Below, one piece after another: positions 27,418-37,500 of a DNA stretch of 64,000 bases. The notes below the pieces were generated by a model. It ran no database searches. It was not told where the DNA came from and saw only the letters and a program-made list of their open reading frames with translations. Position 1 is the first letter of the stretch. Every line of letters begins with the position of its first letter. A program made the translations under genes and the position numbers. The stretch lies in NCBI GenBank assembly GCA_963741095.1, contig CAVUGN010000001.1, positions 1 to 64,000 on the forward strand, given 5' to 3'. The DNA is from an uncultured Candidatus Micrarchaeota archaeon. Its GTDB lineage: Archaea > Micrarchaeota > Micrarchaeia > Micrarchaeales > Micrarchaeaceae.

Positions 27418-27972
27418 TTACCCGAGCTCCGTCGCAACGCCGCACTCGCTGAGGAAGAGCCTGTCTCCCGAGGTGTAGAGATAATCCGGCTTGATTGTTG
27501 TCACGTTGGTCAGGCTGTAGTTTATGTATATTGTCGGCTCTGCACCGCCCATGTTGAGGCACGCCGCAAGAGTCGTCTCAGTGCCGTTCGATTTCCCTAG
27601 CCCGGAGACGTAGGTGCACTTTGTCTGGTTGATTATGAAGAAGTCTATGGTTGATGAGTTCCTGTGGGCCTGCGTGCTGGCGACTATGTTCTCTATTATC
27701 GCGGTGGCGCAGCCGACGGTGCCGCTCATGACGGTGCCGTTGTAGGCCGTTGCGTAGATCGCGACCCTCGGCGCGTAATAGAAGTTGCTCCTGAAGGTGC
27801 TGAAGCTGCCAGTAGGATTGGAGTTGGAGTACAATCCGCTGACGATGAAGTAGGACGCCACGACAATGGCAATGAACGCCAGGGCTGCTGCCGCCAGGTA
27901 TGCCGGCTTTATCTTTGTCTCAGCTTCCTGGGTTTTGTTGCCTGCTTTTGTTGTTTCTTTTTTCTTCGCCAT
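27418..27972 (-). CDS. Membrane-anchored protein with 4-Cys extracellular domain
   Basis: Basic N-tail, one TM, then a domain similar to the C-terminus of 27985..30099. Confidence 0.72.
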   Translation of the reverse strand: MAKKKETTKAGNKTQEAETKIKPAYLAAAALAFIAIVVASYFIVSGLYSNSNPTGSFSTFRSNFYYAPRVAIYATAYNGTVMSGTVGCATAIIENIVASTQAHRNSSTIDFFIINQTKCTYVSGLGKSNGTETTLAACLNMGGAEPTIYINYSLTNVTTIKPDYLYTSGDRLFLSECGVATELG

Positions 27973-27984
27973 GGGATTCTCCGG

Positions 27985-30099
27985 TTATTTGTAGTTCAGC
28001 ACAGAGTTGAGCATGCAGGAGCTCCCCGCTGCGGCGCTCCCTGTAGCGTACAGTGCGATGCCGTAGAGGCCCTTGTAGATTATGCTCGAGTTCCTGCCCT
28101 GGCTCAGGATGATTATCGGCTTTGAAGACGACAGTATCCCGTTCAGGCAGTTCGTGCCGACCAGCGCGGGATCCGAGCTGCCGGCGCAGGTGTAGTTGCT
28201 CAGCGTTATCGTGTTGACGCTCTTCCCTAATGCGGTCAGCGATGACTTGAGCGTTGAGGCGCACGCCACTATGGACGAGTTGGCAGTGGAGTTGTAGGCT
28301 ATGTAGACGCTGCTGCTGCCCTTGAGCGCGCCGAGGAATCCCTCGAACGGGAGGAAGGAGTTCGCAGAAGCCGCGTAGACGTAGGTGAGCGCGATGTAGA
28401 TGACAGCAATAGCAAGCAATGCGAAGAAGAGCATTTCCCACGCTTTCTTGACGCGCCTGTTGTGCTTTATCTTGTGCTGTTTCGCCAGCCTGGCATAGAA
28501 GAGCAGGTAGAAGAGCAGCAACAGCACAGCGGCTATCACGACTGATTCGATGGCAGCGTAGAGCGCGCCTCCGAAGAGCTTTGACGCTACCGAAGCCGTG
28601 GAGCCAGAGAGCATCGAGCTTATGAACCAACCGTCTAATGATTTGACGATCGATGCGAACGATATCGGCCCGACGGTTAATGCGATGCTGGACTTGACGG
28701 AGTTCAGGTTGGCGAGTATTGTAGCAGCGGTGCTGACGTTGAAGCCGTGGTTGAGCTGCTCGTTCAATGCCGCCTGCCTGGTTGCGAGGCTGGCAAGCGA
28801 GGTCGGGACGTTCTTGAAGTCCAGCTCTTTTATGATTATTGCGCGCGTGTTGTTCGAAGCAAGGCCGAAGAGGTTTCCGTAAGCGGAATTTATCTGCGTG
28901 TATATCGCGGTGACGTTCGCGATCATGGACCTTATCAGCTGGTTCGCAGCCGCAAGGTTCTGGTTGCCGCCCTTGCCGTTTATCACGCCGAATTCCGAGA
29001 CCAGGCTCTGCAACGAGTGGGTCAGGGTTGCATTGTTTATGCTTGATGCAAGGGTGCTCGCGTTGGCCACAGTCGCATTGTACAGAGGCAGCAGCGAGCT
29101 CATGAACTTGTTGAAGGCGGCGGTGTTCTGCGAGTTCACGACCGTGCCGATGTAGCCGGAAGCCATGCTGGTCGAGTTCACCGTGACGGATTCTATTTCC
29201 GCGGATGAGACCGGCAGCGCCGCTAGCACGCTGAGCTGGCTGCTCACGTTGCTAAGGGTCAAGCTGTTGAATGTGGGCGCATCGCAATAGCCCACCGCAT
29301 AGCACCACCACGGCCCGTTTGGAGGGATGTATCTCGTGCAGGTGCTGGTGATCTGCGAAAGCGTTATGTTGCTTGGAGAGGGGAATATCGGGTCGTCCGC
29401 GATCGCCCCGGTTGTGGCGGTTATGTTCGACACCGCCGAGATCATGCCGTTCAGGTTTTTCTCGTAGTTGCTGGAGTTTATCCCGGAAAGCAGTGAGAAG
29501 TACGAGTTGTAGCTGTTGTTCAAAGTGATGTAGTTTATCGAGAAGTTTTGTACGCCGTAGGCGAAGGGGCTCGGTATGCCGAACAGGGCGAGCGCGCTTG
29601 CCGGCGCCCTCTGCACCCCGCCGCACAGGGGCACGTAGGCGCAGGAGCTCTCCATGCACATCTCCAGCGATGTCGCTGCGGTGCACAGGTGGTAGGTGAG
29701 CCCCGTCTCGAAGAGGCATTGGTTGATCCCCGGGCTGCTCTGGCTCACGAAGCTGCGCATGCTCGAGTTCAGCCCCGCCAGCGCCGAAGGGCTCGGATAG
29801 AATTTGGACACGAGGAAAGGCGATATGACGTTGAATGCGATTGCGTTGCTGGTCACCATCGAGTATCTTCCGTTGGTGGTGTTTATCACCAGGAAACGCT
29901 CGTAGCTGCTTGGGTTGGGCTGCATCAGCACATAGCTGCTTGCGCCGACCGTCTGGTTGTAGAAGGTGGAGCCGCTTATCGTGCCGCTTGTTACGTAGGT
30001 CGAGAGATAGCTGCGAAGCGATGGACTTATCTGTGCAGAGCACGCGGGCACCGCGAGCAACGAGATCATAAGCAGCAACAGAAGCGTCTTTCCCATCAT
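27985..30099 (-). CDS. Large surface protein: Cys clusters, long helical Asn/Ser-rich region, two TMs, C-terminal 4-Cys domain
   Basis: 704-aa ORF with a signal-like N-terminus and many sequons. Confidence 0.75.
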   Translation of the reverse strand: MMGKTLLLLLMISLLAVPACSAQISPSLRSYLSTYVTSGTISGSTFYNQTVGASSYVLMQPNPSSYERFLVINTTNGRYSMVTSNAIAFNVISPFLVSKFYPSPSALAGLNSSMRSFVSQSSPGINQCLFETGLTYHLCTAATSLEMCMESSCAYVPLCGGVQRAPASALALFGIPSPFAYGVQNFSINYITLNNSYNSYFSLLSGINSSNYEKNLNGMISAVSNITATTGAIADDPIFPSPSNITLSQITSTCTRYIPPNGPWWCYAVGYCDAPTFNSLTLSNVSSQLSVLAALPVSSAEIESVTVNSTSMASGYIGTVVNSQNTAAFNKFMSSLLPLYNATVANASTLASSINNATLTHSLQSLVSEFGVINGKGGNQNLAAANQLIRSMIANVTAIYTQINSAYGNLFGLASNNTRAIIIKELDFKNVPTSLASLATRQAALNEQLNHGFNVSTAATILANLNSVKSSIALTVGPISFASIVKSLDGWFISSMLSGSTASVASKLFGGALYAAIESVVIAAVLLLLFYLLFYARLAKQHKIKHNRRVKKAWEMLFFALLAIAVIYIALTYVYAASANSFLPFEGFLGALKGSSSVYIAYNSTANSSIVACASTLKSSLTALGKSVNTITLSNYTCAGSSDPALVGTNCLNGILSSSKPIIILSQGRNSSIIYKGLYGIALYATGSAAAGSSCMLNSVLNYK

Positions 30100-30146
30100 A
30101 ACACCTGGTCAGTAGATATTGTGTAGAAACGTTTATAAAGTTGAAT

Positions 30147-31576
30147 GTATCTGTTTAGCTTCCCTCTAGGAATTCCGCTAAACGCTTTATAACACAAAGA
30201 ATACATTCCTTTCCTTTGATTGTTATGTAAGACCTGACCAGTCCACAGTTGAAATGAATGACGGAAGAGTACGTTACCATACCGAAAAGAGTCTATGAAG
30301 GACTCCTAAAACGCATTGAGGACCTTGAAAAACGCCTCTGGAGATACGAGAATCCCAACGTTCCGCCGTCAAAGAAGATGGACGACGAGAAGGAAAAAGA
30401 AAACAAGAAGCCACAGGAAAAGAGAGGCGCGCCTGAGGGACATCTCGGCGCAACGCGAAAACAACCAAAACCCAACAGGTTTATCGACTTGAAACCGGAG
30501 CGTTGCGACAAATGTGGTAATAAGGTGATAAAGGTAACTGGTCATGAGAACCAGATCGTAGAAGACATACGAATCGAGAAGATCGTGACGCAGTTTACAT
30601 GGTATACCTATCACTGTGGTTGTTGTGGAGAAGAAAGGGTAACAACGCACCCAGAACTGCCGAGGGAAGGCGTCTTCGGACCGACAATAACGGGCATCTG
30701 GAATTCGCTGCATTACAAAGGGAACATTCCATTTGAACGTTTGTCTCAGATCAGTGGAAACCTTTTCGACATGGAGATAACACCTGGTGGTCTACATAAC
30801 GTCATCTACCGCACAGCGCAGATATTCGAACCAACCTTTGAGGAGGTAAAGAATGAGATAGCAGTTTCGCCATACATAAGGTCGGATGAGACGTCTTATC
30901 CATTCAACGGTGACAAATGGTGGTTGTGGAATCTCTCAAATCAGAACTCGACCCTAGTAGTGATAAGGGACAGCAGAGGTTCTGACGTCTTGGTGGAATG
31001 TCTGCAAGATGGACAATACAGGATAATCAACTCCGACTGCTTCTCGGCGTATGATAAGTTCTTCGCCGACTACCAGAAGTGTTGGGCACACATCCTGAGA
31101 TACGCAGACAAGGCCGCAGAATACGACCCATACGCCAAAAAAGTGCATGAAATGTTGGTGGATATGTTCGTATACATAAAGATGATGAAGGAGAAGGGTC
31201 TTGAAGGCACTCCTGAAGTGAGACAGCATATCGAACTTATGAAGAAGAAGATCGGTAGACTGAGAGTCAATAAACGTCGTCATATATTTGCCAATAGACT
31301 TGTCGGTAGGTTGAAGAAGTACAATGACTCATGGTTCCGGTGCCTGATCTACAAATACGTCGAACCGACCAACAACATATCGGAAGGGGACATACGCAAA
31401 AATGTCCTCGCAAGGAAGATTTCAGGTCAACATAGGAGCGAATTGGGCGTACATTCACGAGAGATAATGATGACGATGCTGTTGACCAATCAGAGAAGAG
31501 GGGTGAATAGTTTCGACTTCATGAACACCCAAATCCGACAGTACAATAGCGGCTTAGTCGGAAGCTAAACAGATAA
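30147..31576 (+). mobile_element. IS66-family insertion sequence, single-ORF (ISBst12-like organisation)
   Basis: 16-bp perfect TIRs TATCTGTTTAGCTTCC (30148-30163) and GGAAGCTAAACAGATA (31560-31575). Flanking direct repeat AGTTGAAT (30139-30146, 31577-31584). Lower GC than the flanks. Confidence 0.9.
30258..31568 (+). CDS. IS66-family transposase
   Basis: N-terminal coiled coil, PPS, GAPEGHLG, CDKC/CGCC zinc finger, DET, SDCFSAY, QKCWAHILR, PTNNISE. The stop lies inside the right TIR. Confidence 0.92.
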   Translation: MTEEYVTIPKRVYEGLLKRIEDLEKRLWRYENPNVPPSKKMDDEKEKENKKPQEKRGAPEGHLGATRKQPKPNRFIDLKPERCDKCGNKVIKVTGHENQIVEDIRIEKIVTQFTWYTYHCGCCGEERVTTHPELPREGVFGPTITGIWNSLHYKGNIPFERLSQISGNLFDMEITPGGLHNVIYRTAQIFEPTFEEVKNEIAVSPYIRSDETSYPFNGDKWWLWNLSNQNSTLVVIRDSRGSDVLVECLQDGQYRIINSDCFSAYDKFFADYQKCWAHILRYADKAAEYDPYAKKVHEMLVDMFVYIKMMKEKGLEGTPEVRQHIELMKKKIGRLRVNKRRHIFANRLVGRLKKYNDSWFRCLIYKYVEPTNNISEGDIRKNVLARKISGQHRSELGVHSREIMMTMLLTNQRRGVNSFDFMNTQIRQYNSGLVGS

Positions 31577-31718
31577 AGTTGAATGAACGCCGAACGGACT
31601 TTCAAATAGTACGGTTCGTTCGAAAGAGTTCCGCGCCTGCGCTTCGAGGGCCCTCATCAGGGCAACGTATGGGATTTAATAGATTAATTCTGAATCTGAT
31701 ATGCGTTAGAGTGAGTTT

Positions 31719-34058
31719 ATGGACGAGCAATTACAGCAGGAGCATCACGAACACACTCCAAAGCCCAATGATGTTCATCAGGAAGATGCGGGCATGATGC
31801 GCATGCTTTCCAAGCACAGGGGAGCCATCATCTCGACGCTGATCTATCTCGTCATAGCTCTGGTAGTATTTTATCCGTTGACGCTGCACATGGGCTCGAA
31901 CGTGCCGGGCTCGCCCGGCGGGGACACTTATCAGAACTTGTGGTTCCTCTGGTGGGCGAAGTATGCGGTGCTCAACCAGCACACCAACGTCTTCCAGACC
32001 AGCCTGTTGTTCTGGCCTGTCGGCGCCAGCCTGGTCTATCAGACCATGGCTCCTCTTCTTGGAATTCTCTCCGCGCCGCTGCAGCTGTTCGGCGTGCCTT
32101 TTGCCTATAATGTCGTTTATCTCGTCGGCTTTGCCCTGTCTGGGCTGGGCATGTACGTCCTTGCGGATTACCTGGTGAAGGACAGCAAGGCTTCCTTCGT
32201 GGCAGGGATCATCTTCGCCTTCAGCGCCTTCCACATGGCGCAAGCCGTTCATATACACTTCATAAACATAGAATGGGCCCCGCTCTTCGCCTACTTCCTT
32301 CTCAGGGCGATCGACGAAAGAAACGACTACTGGAATATACTGGGCATGGGCGTGACCTTCGCGCTCTCGACATTGGCCTCGAACATAGAGGTCAGTCTCA
32401 TCATAATATGGATACTGCCGATGGTCTTCGTCTACGATCTCGTGAGCAAGGAGCGCAGGGGCAGGGTGCTGAACAGGTGGTTCGCGATCGTCATGATTCT
32501 CTTCGCGGTGACCGCCTTCGTCGCGGGTTCCTGGAATTATGTGCCGATAGCGAGCGCGGTCCTGAGAGGAGGCGGAATAACGACAGCAGACTATCTCAAC
32601 AGCCCGGTCTACAACGCGCTGTGGAGCGACAACATCTTCGCCTTCTTCGTGCCCAGCTATTACAACGGGATAGCCTACGCGCTTGGCATATCAAAAGCGT
32701 TCTACAACACGATATACTTCAACACGCCGACGGAGCAGATAGCGTACATAGGCTACAGCGTCCTTGTCCTCGCGATCTACGGGCTGTACAGGAACAGGAA
32801 GGAGACGAAGATGTGGCTTGCCGGGGCAATAGTGTTTGGCCTGCTCTGCCTGGGTCCGATAGTGCAGGTATGGAGCTACATCCTGAACATTCAGGATGGG
32901 CTGTTCGCCCTGTACCGTCTAATCCCCTACATCAGCGTCGTCAGGGAGCCAGGGCGCTTCCAGCTGCTGTTCACGATGTGCGTCGCGGTGATGGCGGCCT
33001 TCGGCTTCAGGGACCTCGACAGGAAGATTGCCAAGGAGCGCGCCAGGATCGGAGCCGGATGGCAGGCCCATGCAGTCACTGCGGTTATATCCCTGATAAT
33101 ACTGGCCGAGCTTGCGGGCCTCCCGCTCGGCGCGCAGTTCATACGCCAGACGACAACCACCCTGTCCGTGCCCAGGATATACGGGGAGTTGGGCAGCATA
33201 GGCCAGAACTTCTCCGTCCTGGAGCTGCCCACCTTGATACTAAACACCAGCACTCCCGCGCTCTACAGCGGCACCGCCACCTATTACACTTCAATCTACA
33301 AGAAGCCGCTCATAGGCGGCGACCTTGGCGGCAGGGAGAACGAGTCCGACGAGGACCTGCTGTACAGCATACCTCTCGTCATGCAGGACTCGGCCGTCCT
33401 TAGCTACGGCATATTCGGGTACATATACCCGGTGGAGCAGAACTACACAAACCAGACGCTGCTGTCGCTGTACAACTACGGGACCGCGGTGGTCATACTG
33501 CAGAAGCAGGCGTACAACAGCACTGATCTTAACTTGATGGCGGGCTACCTGCTCAGCACCTTCGGATCGCCGGTCTACAACGACAACACGACGGTGGCGT
33601 TCCTGACCGCGAACGCGATAGACCATTCAGTGTACCGCAGCTATGTTGCCTATCCGGCCCTTGAGGACTGGAAGAGCGAGAACGCTACAGTGAACGGCAA
33701 GAACACCATACTCTGGTCGCCGATCTACCCGGGCGCAGTTGATGTCTATGCGCCCTACCAGAACACGAGCGACGTGGCTGACGAGATCAACAGCACAGTG
33801 CCCTCGTCCATAAACACGCAGATAAGCTTCGTGGCCGGGTCCAAGTACCCGCAGAGGCTGACGCTGAACGAGCTGCAGCCGGGAGGCAAGTACACAGAGC
33901 TGGCAGAGGTGAACCTCACGGCCACGTACACCAGGTACGTCATGAACGTGACGCTGCAGTCGGGCCCCAACGGCAACCCATTGCTCTTCATGCCCCAGTA
34001 CGGCTACAAGAACCACACGGTCTACATGTGGAACCTGAACTTCTCAAGGGCTGGCTGA
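31719..34058 (+). CDS. GT-C-fold-like polytopic membrane glycosyltransferase (ArnT/YfhO-like)
   Basis: GDTYQNLWFLWW, LFWPVG, AGIIFAFSAFH, AYIG, REPGRF and VLELP; more than 10 TMs plus a C-terminal extracellular domain. Confidence 0.7.
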   Translation: MDEQLQQEHHEHTPKPNDVHQEDAGMMRMLSKHRGAIISTLIYLVIALVVFYPLTLHMGSNVPGSPGGDTYQNLWFLWWAKYAVLNQHTNVFQTSLLFWPVGASLVYQTMAPLLGILSAPLQLFGVPFAYNVVYLVGFALSGLGMYVLADYLVKDSKASFVAGIIFAFSAFHMAQAVHIHFINIEWAPLFAYFLLRAIDERNDYWNILGMGVTFALSTLASNIEVSLIIIWILPMVFVYDLVSKERRGRVLNRWFAIVMILFAVTAFVAGSWNYVPIASAVLRGGGITTADYLNSPVYNALWSDNIFAFFVPSYYNGIAYALGISKAFYNTIYFNTPTEQIAYIGYSVLVLAIYGLYRNRKETKMWLAGAIVFGLLCLGPIVQVWSYILNIQDGLFALYRLIPYISVVREPGRFQLLFTMCVAVMAAFGFRDLDRKIAKERARIGAGWQAHAVTAVISLIILAELAGLPLGAQFIRQTTTTLSVPRIYGELGSIGQNFSVLELPTLILNTSTPALYSGTATYYTSIYKKPLIGGDLGGRENESDEDLLYSIPLVMQDSAVLSYGIFGYIYPVEQNYTNQTLLSLYNYGTAVVILQKQAYNSTDLNLMAGYLLSTFGSPVYNDNTTVAFLTANAIDHSVYRSYVAYPALEDWKSENATVNGKNTILWSPIYPGAVDVYAPYQNTSDVADEINSTVPSSINTQISFVAGSKYPQRLTLNELQPGGKYTELAEVNLTATYTRYVMNVTLQSGPNGNPLLFMPQYGYKNHTVYMWNLNFSRAG

Positions 34059-34267
34059 ATCTGATGGTCATGCTGCCAATGGGCTTTGCCCAGAGGCATT
34101 GCTGCGCTTTGGAGGGATGGATAAGGGATAGGCAGGGGGTTATATCTGATCGCCGATCCGTATCAGCCGTGAGAGCCAGGGCCAGGCAGGGGCGCCGGCA
34201 CCAAGTGTTATTCAGACATGCTGCATCTCTATTGGAATCGGGGTTTGCAGCGATGGCTCTGGTTTTT

Positions 34268-34332
34268 GAAGAAGAAAAAAGGAAAAGAACAGAAAAATAA
34301 AGAAGAAAAGGAAAAGAAAAAAAGAAAGGAAG
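34268..34332 (-). terminator. Long U-rich terminator of the S-layer gene
   Basis: About 65-nt near-pure purine tract on +, immediately downstream of the stop at 34342. Confidence 0.65.
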
Positions 34333-34341
34333 CAGCTAAAT

Positions 34342-37300
34342 TTAGCTGCTTGCCGCGTTCGCGTACAGTTGCTGTATGAACGCATTTGCCGCCGCAGTGG
34401 TCTGGTCCGCAGAGTAGCCGGCAATCAGTATACGGTTTGTGCCGTACGCCTGGTCAATCTGGGTCGTGGTCGTCATCGACACGTTGTACGCCTGCTGTAG
34501 CTGCGCACTCAGTGTGTTGACGTATCCGCTTCCTATCAAGATCAGGTTGCTGCCTGCATTTGCCTGCGAGTCCAGTACAACCAACGGTGTGGTTGCCAGG
34601 TTGTTCAACAGAACCGGCTGTGTAGCGGTCGATACAGATGGCGTGGCAGTTATGTTGTTTATGCCAGTTATCGTGTACGTGCTACCAGCGCCGAGCGAGC
34701 AACTTGCGGTTACATTCCCGATGCTGACGTTCGCCAGGTTTGTCGGAGATCCCAGCCCGTACGGTCCATAGGACTTGTACGAGGATGTCGTAACATTCGA
34801 GGCGACTGTGCCGACGTCTATCGACAGCATGTCAACGTCCTTCGCGAGCTTCAGCGTCACTGACGCTGGGTTTATGCTCGCCACTTGGCTGCCCCTCTCG
34901 GTCCTGAACGGTGCTATGACCGATATTGGCGTGCCCGAGGTGGAGATGTAGGTCATCTTGTTTGCAGATCCGCCTACGGAGTAGTTCTCCTGCAGCCATC
35001 CTCCGGACATCTGTCCGATTCCTGAGGTGGTGTTCATTATCTCGAAGACCATGTCGTCGTTCGGCGTTGTCTGGCCCGGTACAGGGTTTTCAACCACGTT
35101 GTACGTGAACAGACCATAAGGCACAGCGGTGGTCGATGAAGTCATCGACGCCAACGTGAATGTGCTCTGTGATCCGGTTCCCGGGTTGTATGCAGTGTCG
35201 GCGTTGTTCGCGTTCTGCACTGAATATGTGTACCTGTTGCCTGACGATGCTGTGAACAATACCGGTGGTATCGCCGCCAGGTATGCAAGCACGTTTGCCG
35301 CAGCGTTCGTTCCGCCTATGCCGCTCTCATACCAACCAGAGTTGCTCGTTACGACCACGGTAAGGCCTGGGATGTCCTCAGAGACCTTTATCGAGGTAAC
35401 GTTGTACAGGGTTGTCAACGAAGCCACACCCATGCCCAAAGCACCCGAAGTAAGTATGTTGCTGCCTATTGTGTTTAGGAGCACGGTGTTGGGTGATGTG
35501 CTTGTTGCAGTGTTCGTTGCATATCCTGTTACAGTCACCTGTAGCGGGTATGTTGCACTGACCAATCCGTTGTACGGGGCTGCCGCGTAGGCAAACATGT
35601 ATTCTTCGGTACCGGTTGAGCCTGCAGCCGAGGTTATGGAGTTAGAGACCTCGTACAGGTTGTATGGCACTAGGTTGTACATCAACGACTGCCCTGAAGT
35701 CGAGACCGAAGAGCTGAATACGTTTGGTATTTGGCTCGATACGGTCAGGTACTGCGCAGGCTCTGTTATGTTGTCGATGGTACCCAGACCCTTTGTCGCA
35801 GCTCCCTGCGAGTTCTGGTAGTTGACCTGGTTTATCGAGGACAGTGTTGCCTGCAACGAGTCGAAGTTGTTGCCCAGCGTGTCACCGGCAAGGGTCATCT
35901 TGTAAGCAGATGGGTTGCCTATGAAGCTGAACGGCGTTCCCTGCATCAGTGAGGTCACTGGTGAGGTGTTGTACGCTATTATCGTCTGCAGCGCGCTTAC
36001 CGTTGTTCCTGAGGTGGCGTTTGTCCATCCCAAGAGTACAGTCCAGCCTGGGGTGGTTGTGGAGTTCCAAGCGGAGCCGCTCTTGAACGGCTGGACGTTT
36101 GAGAACAGCTGCATCTTCGCCCACTTCTGGTATTGATATAGACCAGCGAAGGTGGACTGGATGTTCACCATCAGCAGGTTTCCGGTTACGTTGAACCTTA
36201 TGTTCGCAGATCCCGGGGCTGCCTGTGTGGTGTTCGTCAGTTGGCCGTTGTAGTAGACAGCCAATGATGCAGGCGAAACTCCGTTGGAGTTAGGCTGACC
36301 CAAGTCTGTAAGCTGCACTGTGAATGGCCCGCTCGTCAGGTTGTGGCCGACATATACGGTGGTCAATGGCACCAGCGATGATGCGAGTGTCACTATTCCG
36401 CCGAACACGTCGTTCGAAGCAGCTACTGTGCCGCCTATCTGGTCGTATGAGCCCGATGGGGTTGTGTAGTTCAGTATCGTCCAGGTCTTGCCCAACAGAG
36501 TTATGCTCGGCTGGTTGACGCTGTTCGATGATGTCATTATCGGTATTGGCTTGCCGAAGGTCACCTGGTATGCACCGCCAGCGCTCGCGATTGCGAACTG
36601 GTTGACCGGTGAGCTTGTGGTTCCCTGGTCATATACCGGGAATCCTGTTAGCCAAAGTGATTCGGTCTCGCCGTATTGGCCGGAGTTTGACAGCAACGCA
36701 GGGACCTGTGTGTTTGTCACCTGAAGCACGTTGTCGTAGGTGCCAGCGGTGTTCCTGAGTCCTGATCCGCCGGTGAAGCTGACTCCACCCGTTGCGGTCG
36801 AAATGATCGAGGTCCATGGCGCTCCACCACTCACTGAGGTGTACGGGCTTGCTGTTACTGAAGAGACCAGCGAGTAGGATACCGGGTATGCGTAGGTTGC
36901 GCCCTGCAATGACTTAGTATATGCAGGCGATCCCAGAATCACTGCCCTGTTGAGGACCGAGCCTATCAATGCCGAGAAGGCGTATGATCCGCTTGGTGCG
37001 GCAGCAGCGCTCTCGTTCAGCCAAACCTGTGGGTTTGATATGCTGGTGCCACTTGATGAGGATACTGCCACCTTCAGCACGCTCTGCGCCTGACTAGCGT
37101 TGACTGATGCGGTGACTGGTACGCTCGTGTACGCCAGGTTGCCGATTGCTGCAGCAATGTTTGCGGCGGAAACTCCGTCAGCAGGCTTTGCTGTCGAGCC
37201 GATTACAACCTGCACGACCGGTTGGCCGCTGTTGCTGATTATCGGTACGCTCTGGAAAGTTACAGGGCCTGCGAACGCAAGTCCTATGCCCAAAAGGGCA

Positions 37301-37347
37301 GCTCCAGCTGCTATCGCAGCTACACGTTTTGCATTCAGAGTTTTCAT
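34342..37347 (-). CDS. S-layer protein
   Basis: Start MKTLNAKRVAAIAAGAALLG at 37347. N-terminal VVIGSTAKPADGVSAANIAAAIG; C-terminal LILIGSGYVNTL and ILIAGYSADQTTAAA. Ser/Thr/Asn-rich; TATA-like TTTAAATA near 37391-37398. Confidence 0.88.
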   Translation of the reverse strand: MKTLNAKRVAAIAAGAALLGIGLAFAGPVTFQSVPIISNSGQPVVQVVIGSTAKPADGVSAANIAAAIGNLAYTSVPVTASVNASQAQSVLKVAVSSSSGTSISNPQVWLNESAAAAPSGSYAFSALIGSVLNRAVILGSPAYTKSLQGATYAYPVSYSLVSSVTASPYTSVSGGAPWTSIISTATGGVSFTGGSGLRNTAGTYDNVLQVTNTQVPALLSNSGQYGETESLWLTGFPVYDQGTTSSPVNQFAIASAGGAYQVTFGKPIPIMTSSNSVNQPSITLLGKTWTILNYTTPSGSYDQIGGTVAASNDVFGGIVTLASSLVPLTTVYVGHNLTSGPFTVQLTDLGQPNSNGVSPASLAVYYNGQLTNTTQAAPGSANIRFNVTGNLLMVNIQSTFAGLYQYQKWAKMQLFSNVQPFKSGSAWNSTTTPGWTVLLGWTNATSGTTVSALQTIIAYNTSPVTSLMQGTPFSFIGNPSAYKMTLAGDTLGNNFDSLQATLSSINQVNYQNSQGAATKGLGTIDNITEPAQYLTVSSQIPNVFSSSVSTSGQSLMYNLVPYNLYEVSNSITSAAGSTGTEEYMFAYAAAPYNGLVSATYPLQVTVTGYATNTATSTSPNTVLLNTIGSNILTSGALGMGVASLTTLYNVTSIKVSEDIPGLTVVVTSNSGWYESGIGGTNAAANVLAYLAAIPPVLFTASSGNRYTYSVQNANNADTAYNPGTGSQSTFTLASMTSSTTAVPYGLFTYNVVENPVPGQTTPNDDMVFEIMNTTSGIGQMSGGWLQENYSVGGSANKMTYISTSGTPISVIAPFRTERGSQVASINPASVTLKLAKDVDMLSIDVGTVASNVTTSSYKSYGPYGLGSPTNLANVSIGNVTASCSLGAGSTYTITGINNITATPSVSTATQPVLLNNLATTPLVVLDSQANAGSNLILIGSGYVNTLSAQLQQAYNVSMTTTTQIDQAYGTNRILIAGYSADQTTAAANAFIQQLYANAASS

Positions 37348-37500
37348 TCTATCACGTAAGCATTTTTGTGAAGGTATAACCAAAGTAAGGTATTTAAACC
37401 CATAGCCCATCATTAACATTTCTTTTATATATATCCGTTTATACTTCGTCATTTGTCATACATGCTCTCTTTTATCAACGTCCTGCTTCGACGGAGGGCA

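Noticed and set aside
34268-34332. GA-rich tracts (also 18137-18168 and 17464-17505) as repeats or CRISPR
   Set aside because: No repeat-spacer periodicity; they follow minus-strand stops and fit U-rich terminators. No CRISPR array or cas gene was seen in the window.
37348-37452. 35-aa N-terminal extension of the S-layer ORF
   Set aside because: It spans the TATA and RBS region; the signal peptide begins at ATG 37347.
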